From the NCBI GenBank assembly GCA_051599415.1, contig AP039699.1:186001-250000 (forward strand): 64,000 nt of DNA, written 5' to 3'. The stretch comes from Savitreella phatthalungensis. Taxonomy: Eukaryota. This document shows, piece by piece, positions 45,460-55,825 of this stretch; positions within the stretch are counted from its first letter, which is position 1, and every line of letters starts with the position of its first letter. Both the position numbers and the translations under genes were made by a program. Below the pieces are notes generated by a model. It was not told where the DNA came from. It was given only the letters and a program-made list of their open reading frames with translations, and searched no databases.

Positions 45460-46314
45460 TCACCCGAGCATAGTAGATTTCACGTGGTCCTCATCGATCG
45501 TCGTGTAAAGATGTCCTTCTTCCTTGAGAGATTCGAGCACATCGACGAGAGTCTGACCTCCTGCGCCACCGCCACCGCCGCCGAGCATACTGGACAATTG
45601 CCGGACGTTCACGCCCTCGTTGCTGTCGGGAAGGCTGTGGATCGCCTCCATGATACGTCTGCTGAAGGGATCTAGCGATGCGAGTTTGTTGGACATCTCA
45701 TCACCACCACCGCCTCCACCACCGACTGCACCACCATCGGCGTAGCCGCCTGCACCACCGTTTGCCCCTGCGCCACCAGCACCAGGAGGCCCACGCGTGT
45801 GGAACAACCTGACGGCCTCTGTCTCTGCTGCGTGGAAGGCGACCTCGTCCTCGTCAGCGAGTCTGATCGTGGTGATGCTGATGTGTCTTCGGCCGTTGAA
45901 GGCCTTGAGCGTGCCGTACACGCGCACGTAGGAATCCTGGGTGATAGCCGCAAGCGCGTTCTCCTTGCTCGGATCCACCCACTGCTTCGCCTCCATCGTC
46001 CCGGTTCCGTCCTCGAGCTTGAAGGTCGTGTTGGTCGACGCAGCGGAAAGACTCACCACCTTCGCAACCACAGTCAGAGAACCAACGTCCACCTCATCAA
46101 TCCGGAAATCAGAATCAGGATTCTGCTGCGTAGCATCCACAATCATACCAAGCGTCACAGGCCGAAGCGTGTTGCTGCTGTGTTTCCGCTCAACACCACC
46201 ACCACCGCCTCCGCCCTGAGAGCCACCACCCTGGACAAATCCACCTGCGCTGTATCCACCATTCGAGCCGTAGTTGTTCTGCGCGTACCCGCCTTGATCG
46301 TAGGAGAACGACAT
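45460..46314 (-). CDS. RFA2: Replication protein A 32-kDa subunit
   Basis: TLRPVT, OB fold FKLEDGTGTMEAKQW..YVRVYGTLKAF, and winged-helix end EGHLYTTIDEDHVKST. Confidence 0.95.
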   Translation of the reverse strand: MSFSYDQGGYAQNNYGSNGGYSAGGFVQGGGSQGGGGGGGVERKHSSNTLRPVTLGMIVDATQQNPDSDFRIDEVDVGSLTVVAKVVSLSAASTNTTFKLEDGTGTMEAKQWVDPSKENALAAITQDSYVRVYGTLKAFNGRRHISITTIRLADEDEVAFHAAETEAVRLFHTRGPPGAGGAGANGGAGGYADGGAVGGGGGGGDEMSNKLASLDPFSRRIMEAIHSLPDSNEGVNVRQLSSMLGGGGGGAGGQTLVDVLESLKEEGHLYTTIDEDHVKSTMLG

Positions 46315-46384
46315 CGTCAGCCGGTCAGGTATGAAGTCTGTTGAATCCTACTGTCCTCGAGAGAAAAATGATGTAGGCTCAGAA

Positions 46385-46544
46385 ACGCGTACAACAAGCG
46401 CTTACTAGAAGTAGTGTCGACTAGAAGTGTGTCTTAGGGAGTTCTGTCTTGACCGCGAGCGTGGCGTGTGCTATACTACAGTGGAAGAGCACTACCGCAC
46501 AGAAGAGAACAGAACAGATTCAATTTCAAACGCCAAAGACGCGT
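46385..46544. promoter_or_regulatory. Two MCB-like boxes (ACGCGT) in the divergent RFA2/TSC1 promoter
   Basis: ACGCGT at 46385-46390 and 46539-46544. RPA genes are classic MBF targets in yeasts. Confidence 0.55.
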
Positions 46545-46819
46545 CGGCCAAAAATCACGTGCTTGAGACCCACATCATCATGTGTGAGAACACAAAGATA
46601 CAAGATGCAGTGATGACAGGAGACAGCAGATACTCTCCACCAAGCTATCGACAAGCCTCTACACGCTACAATGCCTACAGTGAGCTAGAAATGATCGCAA
46701 AGATCTTGCGCTACAGCTGAAAGAAGATTGGCCCTCATAGAGACCTTATCAATTGCGCTCTGAGTCATGATACACCCTGCCCTAGCTGATAAGAACCAGA
46801 CGAAAAGATCGGACTTTTA

Positions 46820-49800
46820 ATGACTACCTCCCTGTCGGCACTGAGCAAGGCTCTAACAGCCGCTTTCTCTGCTGGAGATGTCGACGATCCATCAGACCTG
46901 CTGCGGAAAGTTCAGGAGTATGCAAATGCCCACGAACGACCTACGGCACAGGAGCGTGATAAGATGCAGGAGGTACTAGTGGATTTACATCATCAGCACG
47001 TCTCTGGCTCCAAGCATGCAGCTTTCCTCTCCGTTCTCCGTATTCTCAAGCGGAACTTTGTCATTGATCCTGATGCTTGTGAACATTGGTGGAATGTCCT
47101 CGTCCTCCCGCTAATTGACACGACCGTACCACTCAAACAGACCATCAGAGATGCACGTGCCATCTGTCTCGAGACTGTCATTGTCACAGACGATGACCCG
47201 GAGTTCAAGATAAAGCAGTCGGCGGCCGAGGTATTTAAGCGCAGGATCCTCGAGACGTACTTCGCGGCCTATTCCCTCCAGCGCACCAGGCTGACGAGCA
47301 ACCTCGAAGCACTCCTGCTCGCATATGCTCAGCGCAAGACAAGAGATCTCTTTGAGACGATCGATCCTTACTTCCGAGATCCTCAGCATCGTCTACAATG
47401 TCTCAACCTCCTATCGACCTTCGTCCGACTACAGACACAATATCTCTACCAAGTCTACGACTCACCCCTCTTCAATTCCCTTTTACAGTGTCTCGAGAAC
47501 GATACATCGACCTCAGTCGTGTCACTCGCACTGACAGTATTCATTATGCTTCTTCCACACGTGCCTGATAAAGTTGGTAATATGCTTGGCAGAGTCTTTG
47601 CCATCTTCGGCCGCATCGTCTGCTGGGACAGGTTGCGAGCTGTCCAGAGCCGCGCAGCTGCGATCGTCGAGACCAGTCTGAGTGACACGCCACCGTCTAG
47701 CTCTGTCCTGGACGCAGCTGCTAGGGATGCCCATTTACCTGAGTCCGCATGGCGCAGGCTCGATACCTCGTTCGACTACGCTCAACCCACGCCGCCGAAA
47801 TGTACGCAGCTCTTTACCTTCGCCTATGGTCTCTACCCAATCAACTTTGTCGACTATCTGAAAGAGCCAACGCGATACCTTTCAGCACACGGCATCACAG
47901 ATATTGATGTGCTCGCCGACCTCGACGACGAGCTCATTCGAGATCGGACGGAACCGCTGTTCCGCAGACATCTCCTTCATGCTAATTTTGCTTCCCTCGA
48001 CATCGACACCGAGATCTCAGACAAAAGTCGGTGGATGAAGCTTGAGCCGCCAGATGTCGTGGCGATGTGTGTGTCGTACGACCGCACTGCTTCAGTTGCC
48101 ACTGATGGTGCGCTACCTCCAACGGCGTCTGATACAGACATCGAGCCGCTCGCCCTCGATCCGCACACGGAAAATCACTCACAGATGCAGGATGCTCGCG
48201 ATCTCGTCTCAGCTGCACCAAACTCGACAGCAGGAATGACCTCTCGTCTTGCCAGCCCAGCGTTCAAGCCTGTGACCTTCGACAAGACCGCCGCTGAGGC
48301 TGGCGCGGCTCAAGACCATGTCGTCGTCAAAGGAAACATGGTCAACGCCTCTGATATTCTGAGAGTCCACGAAGGTCTAGCCGCGTTAGAGGCGGCGCAG
48401 AAAGAAGCAGCACACCAGGACGTAGCGACAGACCATGAAGCCGAAGACAATCACGATCAGAGAGCATCAAACAACAAGCAGACGCAGACATCAGCGGCAG
48501 ACAGGCGCTACCAGCGTGAGATTCTCCTGCTTCGCAATGAGCTGAACTTCGAGCGTCATCTCAAGCAGCAGCATCTCCACCACATCGGTCGTCTACAGCG
48601 CGCCAATATCGCCGATGCAGCGGCGGAAGCCGAGCGACAAGGCCTGTACAACACGACAAAGGCCCTGAAGGCGCAGCTCGCAAGTCTGCAAGGCACCTTG
48701 CAACGTCTGCGGCACGAGTCTGCCACGTCGAAAGCCAATCGCGTGCAGTACGAGGCGACGCTGAACGAGCGGATCAAAAAGCTTCGTACCGAGAATGCGG
48801 AGATGAAAGATGCTGATGCCGCTCGTACAAAGTCCCTGTCTGAAGCGCGGAGCGACGTCGAGTCCATGCGTGATGCGCTTGCGAAAGCAGAGAACACGGC
48901 CCTGAATCTGCGTCAGCAGCTTGCAGTACTCGAGCCTGAAATCGCAGCTGCCAAAGACGCTCAGCTCAGCATCTCCACCCTAAAAGACAGGATCAAGAGA
49001 GCAGAGATCGAGGGGATCCAGCTCAGAATGGAGAAGGAAAGAGTAGCAGTGGCAGAGGCCAAGATCAAAGAGCTAGAGCTCGCTCTCGGAGCACTGCGGC
49101 AGGAGCAGCAGGAGCAACTGGAATACAGCAAATCTAGCGGCGCAGCGACAGCGCCAGCGCTTGTAACTTCACCTGCGTCCACCAGGCAGACTGCGCCAGC
49201 AGACCACACAGAGCTCATTGCCCTCATCAAGGCTGCGGAACTGCGAAAATCAGAGGATCGAGAGCTGGCCAAAGGTCGTGATGTCAAGCTGGCGTCGAGA
49301 TGCGCGGAGCTCGAAGACAAGTTGCAGGAGATGTCCGCGCGGTGCGAGTACCTCGAGATGAAGCAGTCGTTTCTTGGACGGCAGCAATCCCAGCGATCTA
49401 CCAACCAAACACGCGACGCCGACGCCGTCGCCGTCCTGAAATCAAGGCTGAAGTCTGGCAGTACGGATCTCGGCCGAAGAACCTCGTTGAGCGTGCCTGC
49501 CCAGGCCGAGCTCACGCGGAGCTCTCGCTCGTCGGCAGATCTCTCCGCTCCGCCAGAGAGCGTGACCTCCCTGCCGCTGCATCACGGTCAGGACGGTGCA
49601 GCGCTCATCTCGCCGGTGCCCATTCTTGCTACGACTGCCGACGATATTTCCGTCGTCAGCGAACACGCAGCGCGCGTCTCTTCAGGTGGACTGAGCCAAA
49701 ATAGCAGTCAGTCCACCATCAACGTCGTCCATGGACAACGACGCACAGACTCGCCCGGTGTGGCAAGCACGCACTCGCTCGGCGCAGCACTCACAGCAAG

Positions 49801-50254
49801 TCCCACCCGACTTTCTGCATCCTCTCGCTCATCGACGATCGCCTCAACATCAGGCACGACCACTAACTCGCAGTTGAAGGGCAGTAATCCAGGCAGGCCT
49901 CCATTTCTAGGATCCCGAACGCCTTCCGGTGCGAGCTCGGCGACAACTACGACGACTACATCGACCACAACGCCGACGTCGTCAGCTCTGAACGATGCTA
50001 CGAGAGCATTGGCTAGTGGAATGGGCTCGATCGATGGCCACCGTCCAGCCAAGCGAGCGCAGCAGCAAGCGAAGAAGGAGAACACTACTTCTCCAGCCAC
50101 AGGCGACGATATAGCAGGAGCGATCACAACCACAGGCGCGGGAGGAAGCACTTCAGCCGCGCCACAAGGCCACTTCCCGACCCAGACCCAGACTCAGCAG
50201 AGCCAGAAGAAAAAAGATAAAGAGCGAGCTTTAGGTGGCAGATTCAGGTGGTAG
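46820..50254 (+). CDS. TSC1: Hamartin (tuberous sclerosis 1)
   Basis: LQCLENDTSTSVVSLAL..LLPH, LFTFAYGLYPINFVDYL and LLLRNELNFERHLKQQHLHHIGRL, plus a coiled coil. Confidence 0.93.
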   Translation: MTTSLSALSKALTAAFSAGDVDDPSDLLRKVQEYANAHERPTAQERDKMQEVLVDLHHQHVSGSKHAAFLSVLRILKRNFVIDPDACEHWWNVLVLPLIDTTVPLKQTIRDARAICLETVIVTDDDPEFKIKQSAAEVFKRRILETYFAAYSLQRTRLTSNLEALLLAYAQRKTRDLFETIDPYFRDPQHRLQCLNLLSTFVRLQTQYLYQVYDSPLFNSLLQCLENDTSTSVVSLALTVFIMLLPHVPDKVGNMLGRVFAIFGRIVCWDRLRAVQSRAAAIVETSLSDTPPSSSVLDAAARDAHLPESAWRRLDTSFDYAQPTPPKCTQLFTFAYGLYPINFVDYLKEPTRYLSAHGITDIDVLADLDDELIRDRTEPLFRRHLLHANFASLDIDTEISDKSRWMKLEPPDVVAMCVSYDRTASVATDGALPPTASDTDIEPLALDPHTENHSQMQDARDLVSAAPNSTAGMTSRLASPAFKPVTFDKTAAEAGAAQDHVVVKGNMVNASDILRVHEGLAALEAAQKEAAHQDVATDHEAEDNHDQRASNNKQTQTSAADRRYQREILLLRNELNFERHLKQQHLHHIGRLQRANIADAAAEAERQGLYNTTKALKAQLASLQGTLQRLRHESATSKANRVQYEATLNERIKKLRTENAEMKDADAARTKSLSEARSDVESMRDALAKAENTALNLRQQLAVLEPEIAAAKDAQLSISTLKDRIKRAEIEGIQLRMEKERVAVAEAKIKELELALGALRQEQQEQLEYSKSSGAATAPALVTSPASTRQTAPADHTELIALIKAAELRKSEDRELAKGRDVKLASRCAELEDKLQEMSARCEYLEMKQSFLGRQQSQRSTNQTRDADAVAVLKSRLKSGSTDLGRRTSLSVPAQAELTRSSRSSADLSAPPESVTSLPLHHGQDGAALISPVPILATTADDISVVSEHAARVSSGGLSQNSSQSTINVVHGQRRTDSPGVASTHSLGAALTASPTRLSASSRSSTIASTSGTTTNSQLKGSNPGRPPFLGSRTPSGASSATTTTTTSTTTPTSSALNDATRALASGMGSIDGHRPAKRAQQQAKKENTTSPATGDDIAGAITTTGAGGSTSAAPQGHFPTQTQTQQSQKKKDKERALGGRFRW

Positions 50255-50838
50255 TACGTCAAGACAAATCGCCTACCATCCCACCAAAATAAAATCCCAA
50301 CCCACGCCTTGGATCGTCCTCGCTTCAGGATTTGTGAACAAGCGAGATCGGTGTCTTTCGCTACGACCTGCTCTCCCTTCCATTGTGACATAACTCGATG
50401 GTTGTCCTGCATGCAATATGCATTCGTTCGCTCAATTGTAAGTGTTTTATTAAAGGCTGACCTAAATCTTCAGCTCACCTTCCCATTAGATCTTGCTCCT
50501 TCGGCTTTTTCAATGTATGGCCAAACCTCCAATTCACATCCGGCCAGACATAAAAGTAATGTTCCGTCTCCACAGATGCGGAACGTCCGAGATCTCTCGC
50601 TCACGAGGGGCGCGGGGTAAAAGCACAGAAAAGCATTCCTATATGTGAACGTCAAGAAATAAACCAGGCCTTCCCGAGACCGGGCAAGAGGCGTCTACCA
50701 CCAAGGCGACACGACAAATGTTGCCGAAAACATACTCGTTGCATCCTTGAGTGTCGTGCTTGATCATCTGCTCCTCAGATAGCCTATGACTTGATTGGGA
50801 AAGATTTGGATTTCCTCCAATTCCGCGGGTTGAACCAC

Positions 50839-50866
50839 GCGAGCGAGCGAGCGAGCGAGCGAGCGA
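50839..50866. repeat. (GCGA)7 microsatellite
   Basis: gcgagcgagcga... read directly. Confidence 0.9.
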
Positions 50867-51333
50867 GGGAGAAAGTCAAGCAAGCCTCCTCTCTCAAAGA
50901 AATCCGAATTCTTCAATTTAGGGAAAGTAAAGGCATAATACAAAGAGACCCAAAAGTGACGTTATGAGGACACGGTACAAACAATGCATGCTTCGTTTCA
51001 GAATGGGAATCTAATATACCACGCGTACTCACGCATTCATTCATTCAGAAAGGCAAGTATATGAAAGCAATATCCACTATGCACGAGTCACAGAAACGCG
51101 GCCCTAACCGAAGATTCGCGTGTACATGGGTACAGCACATGGGGGACAAAAGGAGTCTAATTCCACGTTGTCCCACAGACGATCTCATGGTAGCGTGCAA
51201 AAATAACGTGCTTGGCGGAGCCGTGTACGTGCCCACTATCGCGGATGCACGAGTTCCTAGAGCACACCTGTCGTCTTCGGGATCCTACCATGTCGACGTG
51301 TACGTGTCGAGCAGTGTGACGGAAGACACTGCT

Positions 51334-51377
51334 GTCTGCGTCAGGTCAGAGCAAGGTCTGCGTCAGGTCAGAGCAAG
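51334..51377. repeat. Perfect 22-bp tandem duplication
   Basis: GTCTGCGTCAGGTCAGAGCAAG twice. Confidence 0.9.
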
Positions 51378-53249
51378 GTAACGGCATAAGTCCAATGTCC
51401 TTCCAGGATCGGAAATGCAGAAGAGATACAGAGACTGATGTGACAGACTCCGGAATTCGTGTCAAGTCGATTACTCGTGTTCCAAGTTCGTTCGATTTCG
51501 GCACGGGCAGTAAAGCCTTTTTTCTCCCCCTCCTACGGCTGAGGCGTCGTGGCGCCAGTCTCTCTCTCTCTCTCAGTTTACCATGTCACTTAGGCTGGAT
51601 CAATTCCAACGGCACAAGGGTTGTCCCAAGCTGAAACATTCAGACCGGTCCAGAGCTCTCAATAATACCTGGCCGGGTAGGGTGAATTTTGTTCTGAAAT
51701 CAAGGTAGATTTGAGCTATCTGATCGTGGCTAAATTTGGCAAGGTAGATTGATCTGTGAGAGCGAAAAAGAGTCAGGTGAGATCGGTGAGGCGGCCACGT
51801 TGATGTCATGTCTCACCTGAGCCAGAATGTCACCATGATGAGCACACTTGTTAGAGTGAAAAAACAGGAAAAGAAAACGCCAATTGCGGCAACCACGTTG
51901 ATGGCTCGTCGCAGCCATACTCTCGACCCATGACAATCTAAACAAAACCAAATTGATCAAATCCAAGGAATCTTCCAGCCAACGGACTGCAGAGCCTTCA
52001 AGCCTAACAGATCTATTGCCCTCAAGTCATATCGAGAGAAATCCAACTGCACCGGCAGGATTTCATCGCACCATCGTTTCCAGCAAGACTGAATTGGCCG
52101 AGTTTCATTCACGCAAGCTTCCTCAAGATCTGAATCTGTATCTGGTCTCATCAATAAGCTGAATCAACCTGTCATGAAAGCCGAGGGTCACGTATCGTCC
52201 TTGCCATATTCTTCCAAGATCGAACCTCAGGACCCGGATAACATGGCGGTGGCGCTAACTTCTAGAGAGAAAGAAAAATGGAATGGATCAGAAAGGCCAG
52301 AAGCAGAAAGCCGGCTGAAGAAAAACGTGACAGCCAAAGACATCATGGAGGCCGAGAACACTTGACCACTCCAGCATTCATTCTTCATCTGAGCTCTCTT
52401 TCCTTCAGACAGGCAGGCTTTGGGTAGGCAGACAGTCCTAATGAAAATCACTTCGGAACTCTCTCACTCGTATGTGATCTGGGTATCTCGTACGACACGG
52501 CACGTTGAAAATCCAACAGTCCATTATACTTCAACTCCAAAGCACATGTACTCGCGCGTGTCCGCCGCCCGAGAGAGCCATATCAAAGAAAAGAAAACCC
52601 CACTCAGTATCCTCTCATCGCTCATGGTGATGGGAGCAGAGCACAAAGCAAGTTAGGAGGAGTCGACTCTTATCACGGTGATCAGGATCTTCTGACTTTA
52701 AGCTCAACGTCACGCACATCCTCCAACGTGTCCTTCCCTCTTCCAACCTAGACACCTGTCGTCTCTGCACACTACCACTCTCATCCACGCTTGCGCTCAC
52801 GCTTCTTACTCACGCAGGCACAGACGCAGACCATCACGCACTCGCGCACGCCTCAATTCTCTGACAAAACCACGCTTACGTTCACGTTTATCCTGAGCAA
52901 ATCCCATTCATCGACCTTTGCACGAGTATCCACGCTACAGCTCACGGACATCCGCACGTTCACCCTTTTCACACTTCTCAAGACCCATCACTCCCGCAAC
53001 ACTCGACTCGCGTGTCTCGCTTAAGACGGGTTTGCAACATCCTCTCCAGACCGCGTGATTCATCAACCTCTTTGATCTTTCCGACAAGGACCATTCTTTG
53101 TGTGCTGGCAGCCCGAACCTTCGATACAAGAGTCATGAAGCATTGAGCCAGACGAGCGCGCAACATCCCAAGCCAAAGATTTGTCTTCTGCCTCGCACAA
53201 GGTATATCGATCACCTGAATTCCATACACAACATCGGGCGATTTCTAGG

Positions 53250-54194
53250 ATGCTGAGTCACGAAGTCTTCTTTGCGCCTCAAGTCGTCGTCGTCGGCCGG
53301 CGAGCGAGAGAGTTGCCGTTGACAGATGTCCGAAATGCCGCATTGCCGACGGAAAACGTCTCAGAGAAGCGTCCACCGGTCGATGCATCCACACAGACCA
53401 TGCCACCAGCGAAGCTGTTCGGCATGGAGCGAATGACTCCGCTCAGACACAAGCACAGAGTCTCTATCACATCGGACTCGAGTCTCGCTGCACTCGAAGA
53501 CCTGCATGGCGTATCAGCACATCACTCCCCGCCAAAGCATCAGTCCGCTGCAGTATCATTTTTCAAGGCTGCCAAAGTGCTTGGTGTCCTGCAACATGGC
53601 AGGACCGGCCACGCTCCCAGACGACCGTCGTCAGATGAGGTGTCGCTTGCACCGACCACAGGTAGTCAATCGCAACCCAGCACAGTCGCATCGTCAGGTG
53701 CTCTCAAGGCTGTAGGCGAAGATACCGCAGAAGCCTCACGGCGGAACAGCAACTCGTCATCGACACATACCAAGGTCGAAGCCAACACATCCATCGAAGC
53801 AAACGCAGAAGCGTCCGCTGGCGTGTCGGCGCCTGGGAGCACAGCAACGCGGCCTCCCGCAGTCTCACCCACAGCTTCCACCTTCTCAGGCGTGACAGCC
53901 GTCACACCGTCAAAGGATGCGCCTGACAGTCCTCTGACAAAAGCGCAGATCCGCGCAGCCAAGGACGCGGCCAAGCTCGAGAAAATCAAGGAGGCAGTCC
54001 GTCTACGAAACGAACGTATCGATGCAGCCCGCGACAAGAAGCAGAAAGCTCGTCTATCAAAGCAGCAGCTCAAGTCGCCAATTATCGAATCCACGGAGAC
54101 AGTAGCAGAGCAAGAGTCACAACCACATCAGGCTACACCACCGACCAGGTGGACCGGCCATCTCATGTCCCGAGTTCATATCCTCAAGACATAG
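53250..54194 (+). CDS. Hypothetical S/T/A/P-rich, largely disordered protein with a basic coiled segment
   Basis: ORF of about 314 codons from ATG 53250 with coding-like composition and no recognised domain. Confidence 0.6.
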   Translation: MLSHEVFFAPQVVVVGRRARELPLTDVRNAALPTENVSEKRPPVDASTQTMPPAKLFGMERMTPLRHKHRVSITSDSSLAALEDLHGVSAHHSPPKHQSAAVSFFKAAKVLGVLQHGRTGHAPRRPSSDEVSLAPTTGSQSQPSTVASSGALKAVGEDTAEASRRNSNSSSTHTKVEANTSIEANAEASAGVSAPGSTATRPPAVSPTASTFSGVTAVTPSKDAPDSPLTKAQIRAAKDAAKLEKIKEAVRLRNERIDAARDKKQKARLSKQQLKSPIIESTETVAEQESQPHQATPPTRWTGHLMSRVHILKT

Positions 54195-54471
54195 CAAGAC
54201 AACCACCAGTAGCACCAGCAGTCCTTCATCTCGACCAACCAGAGTAGGCGGATCAGGTATGTACAGCACGACGCCCTTCACGATTGTACCAGTAGAGATA
54301 TGTCATGATCCATTAACAGCCCACATTCGAGTGAATGTAACACGCATAATTTGACGAGGTTTGTGTTCATTCATCAACCGAGATTGATCTGAGAATGTAA
54401 GTCAGCATCATAAGATTATGTACAGCTGCACATCATCATTATCATCATCACTCCCCCATCCGTGATTACCT

Positions 54472-55815
54472 ATGGCAGAGAAGCAACCTCTCCTGCAGTC
54501 TTATGTCTCTGCCAGTCCATCGATCTGTAGGCGTGTTGCTTTGCTGACACTCTTGCTCGCGGTCCTACTTCTCGGACACCTTCTGGTGATCGAGGTCTCC
54601 GACTCCTCCGTCTACCCGATCGTCGATACACACGTCGATCTACCCATATACGCACGCTTCTTCTCCGGCAACCACATCGACCCTGCTCATCCGCTCGATG
54701 ACAACTTCTCCCGCGCTTTCAACTTCTCCACGGGTCTGCCGGGACAAGTCGACCTACCTCGCCTGCGCGCTGGCGGAGCTGCCGGGATCTTCTGGAGTGT
54801 CTTCACCCTCTGCGATGCTGACAAGGCGCATCTCAACTTGAGTGATACTTCAAGCCTACCTTCTACAAGTGAGACCGCTATCTCGGTTCTCGAGACTACA
54901 CAGCAGATCGACCTCGTCCACAGGCTTCACGCCCTCTACCCGAACGACCTCCACCTCGCCACCACCGCAGACGACTTCTCACACCTCTTACACCGCCACC
55001 GCCACAAGCATAGACACCCGTGGTCAATGGCATCAGGTCGTAAGCCACCGATTGCCGGCAGCATGGGCATCGAGGGACTCCACCAGATCGGCGGCTCTCC
55101 GTCGGCACTGCGGGCGTTCCACCGGCTGGGTGTGCGGTATGCTACGCTAACGCACACGTGCTCGAACGCGTACGCCGATGCGTCGCCCGTGGACGATGAT
55201 GAGTCGCTGGCGATGCACGGTGACTGTGGGTTGTCTGGTGCCGGTGTGTTGATGGTGAAGGAGATGAATCGGGTGGGGATGATTGTCGACCTGTCCCACA
55301 CGAGTACCCGCACCATGGAAGCCGCCCTCAACCACTCCCGCGCACCCGTCCTCTTCTCACACTCCAACGCCAGAACCGTCCACCCACACCACAGAAATGT
55401 CCCAGATCACATCCTACGCCGCCTCCCACAAAACAGAGGCGTCGTCCAAATCACATTCCTTCCAGAATTCATAACCTCCCCACCGTCCGAAGCGTCCGCA
55501 GACAAGGTCGTCGACCATATCGCACACATCGTCTCACTCGCAGGCTGGAAGCATGTCGGCATCGGCAGCGATTTCGATGGTATGCCACAGGGTCCGAAAG
55601 ATCTGCCTGACGTCGCATCGTACCCTGTCCTGATCCAGGCGCTCAAGAAGCGGTTCCCCAAGGTGACCAAATCAGAGCTAGCTGGGTTCTTGGGTGGCAA
55701 CGTCCTGCGAGTGTGGAAGGAGGTCGAGCGCGTGTCTAGGGAGATGCATCGGGAAGGTGTCATGCCGTTGGAGGAGGAACTCGGGGTCGTACCACGTCCG
55801 ATGCCGATTGGATGA
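54472..55815 (+). CDS. Membrane dipeptidase (peptidase M19, renal dipeptidase family)
   Basis: N-terminal TM, DTHVDLP, GIEGLH, TLTHTCSN, IVDLSH, FSHSNA, RNVPD and HVGIGSDFDG. Confidence 0.93.
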   Translation: MAEKQPLLQSYVSASPSICRRVALLTLLLAVLLLGHLLVIEVSDSSVYPIVDTHVDLPIYARFFSGNHIDPAHPLDDNFSRAFNFSTGLPGQVDLPRLRAGGAAGIFWSVFTLCDADKAHLNLSDTSSLPSTSETAISVLETTQQIDLVHRLHALYPNDLHLATTADDFSHLLHRHRHKHRHPWSMASGRKPPIAGSMGIEGLHQIGGSPSALRAFHRLGVRYATLTHTCSNAYADASPVDDDESLAMHGDCGLSGAGVLMVKEMNRVGMIVDLSHTSTRTMEAALNHSRAPVLFSHSNARTVHPHHRNVPDHILRRLPQNRGVVQITFLPEFITSPPSEASADKVVDHIAHIVSLAGWKHVGIGSDFDGMPQGPKDLPDVASYPVLIQALKKRFPKVTKSELAGFLGGNVLRVWKEVERVSREMHREGVMPLEEELGVVPRPMPIG

Positions 55816-55825
55816 TGATATCGTG

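Noticed and set aside
50300..52650. Small ORFs or tRNA genes in the long intergenic region after TSC1
   Set aside because: No coding-like ORF or tRNA cloverleaf/T-loop motif was found, only simple repeats.
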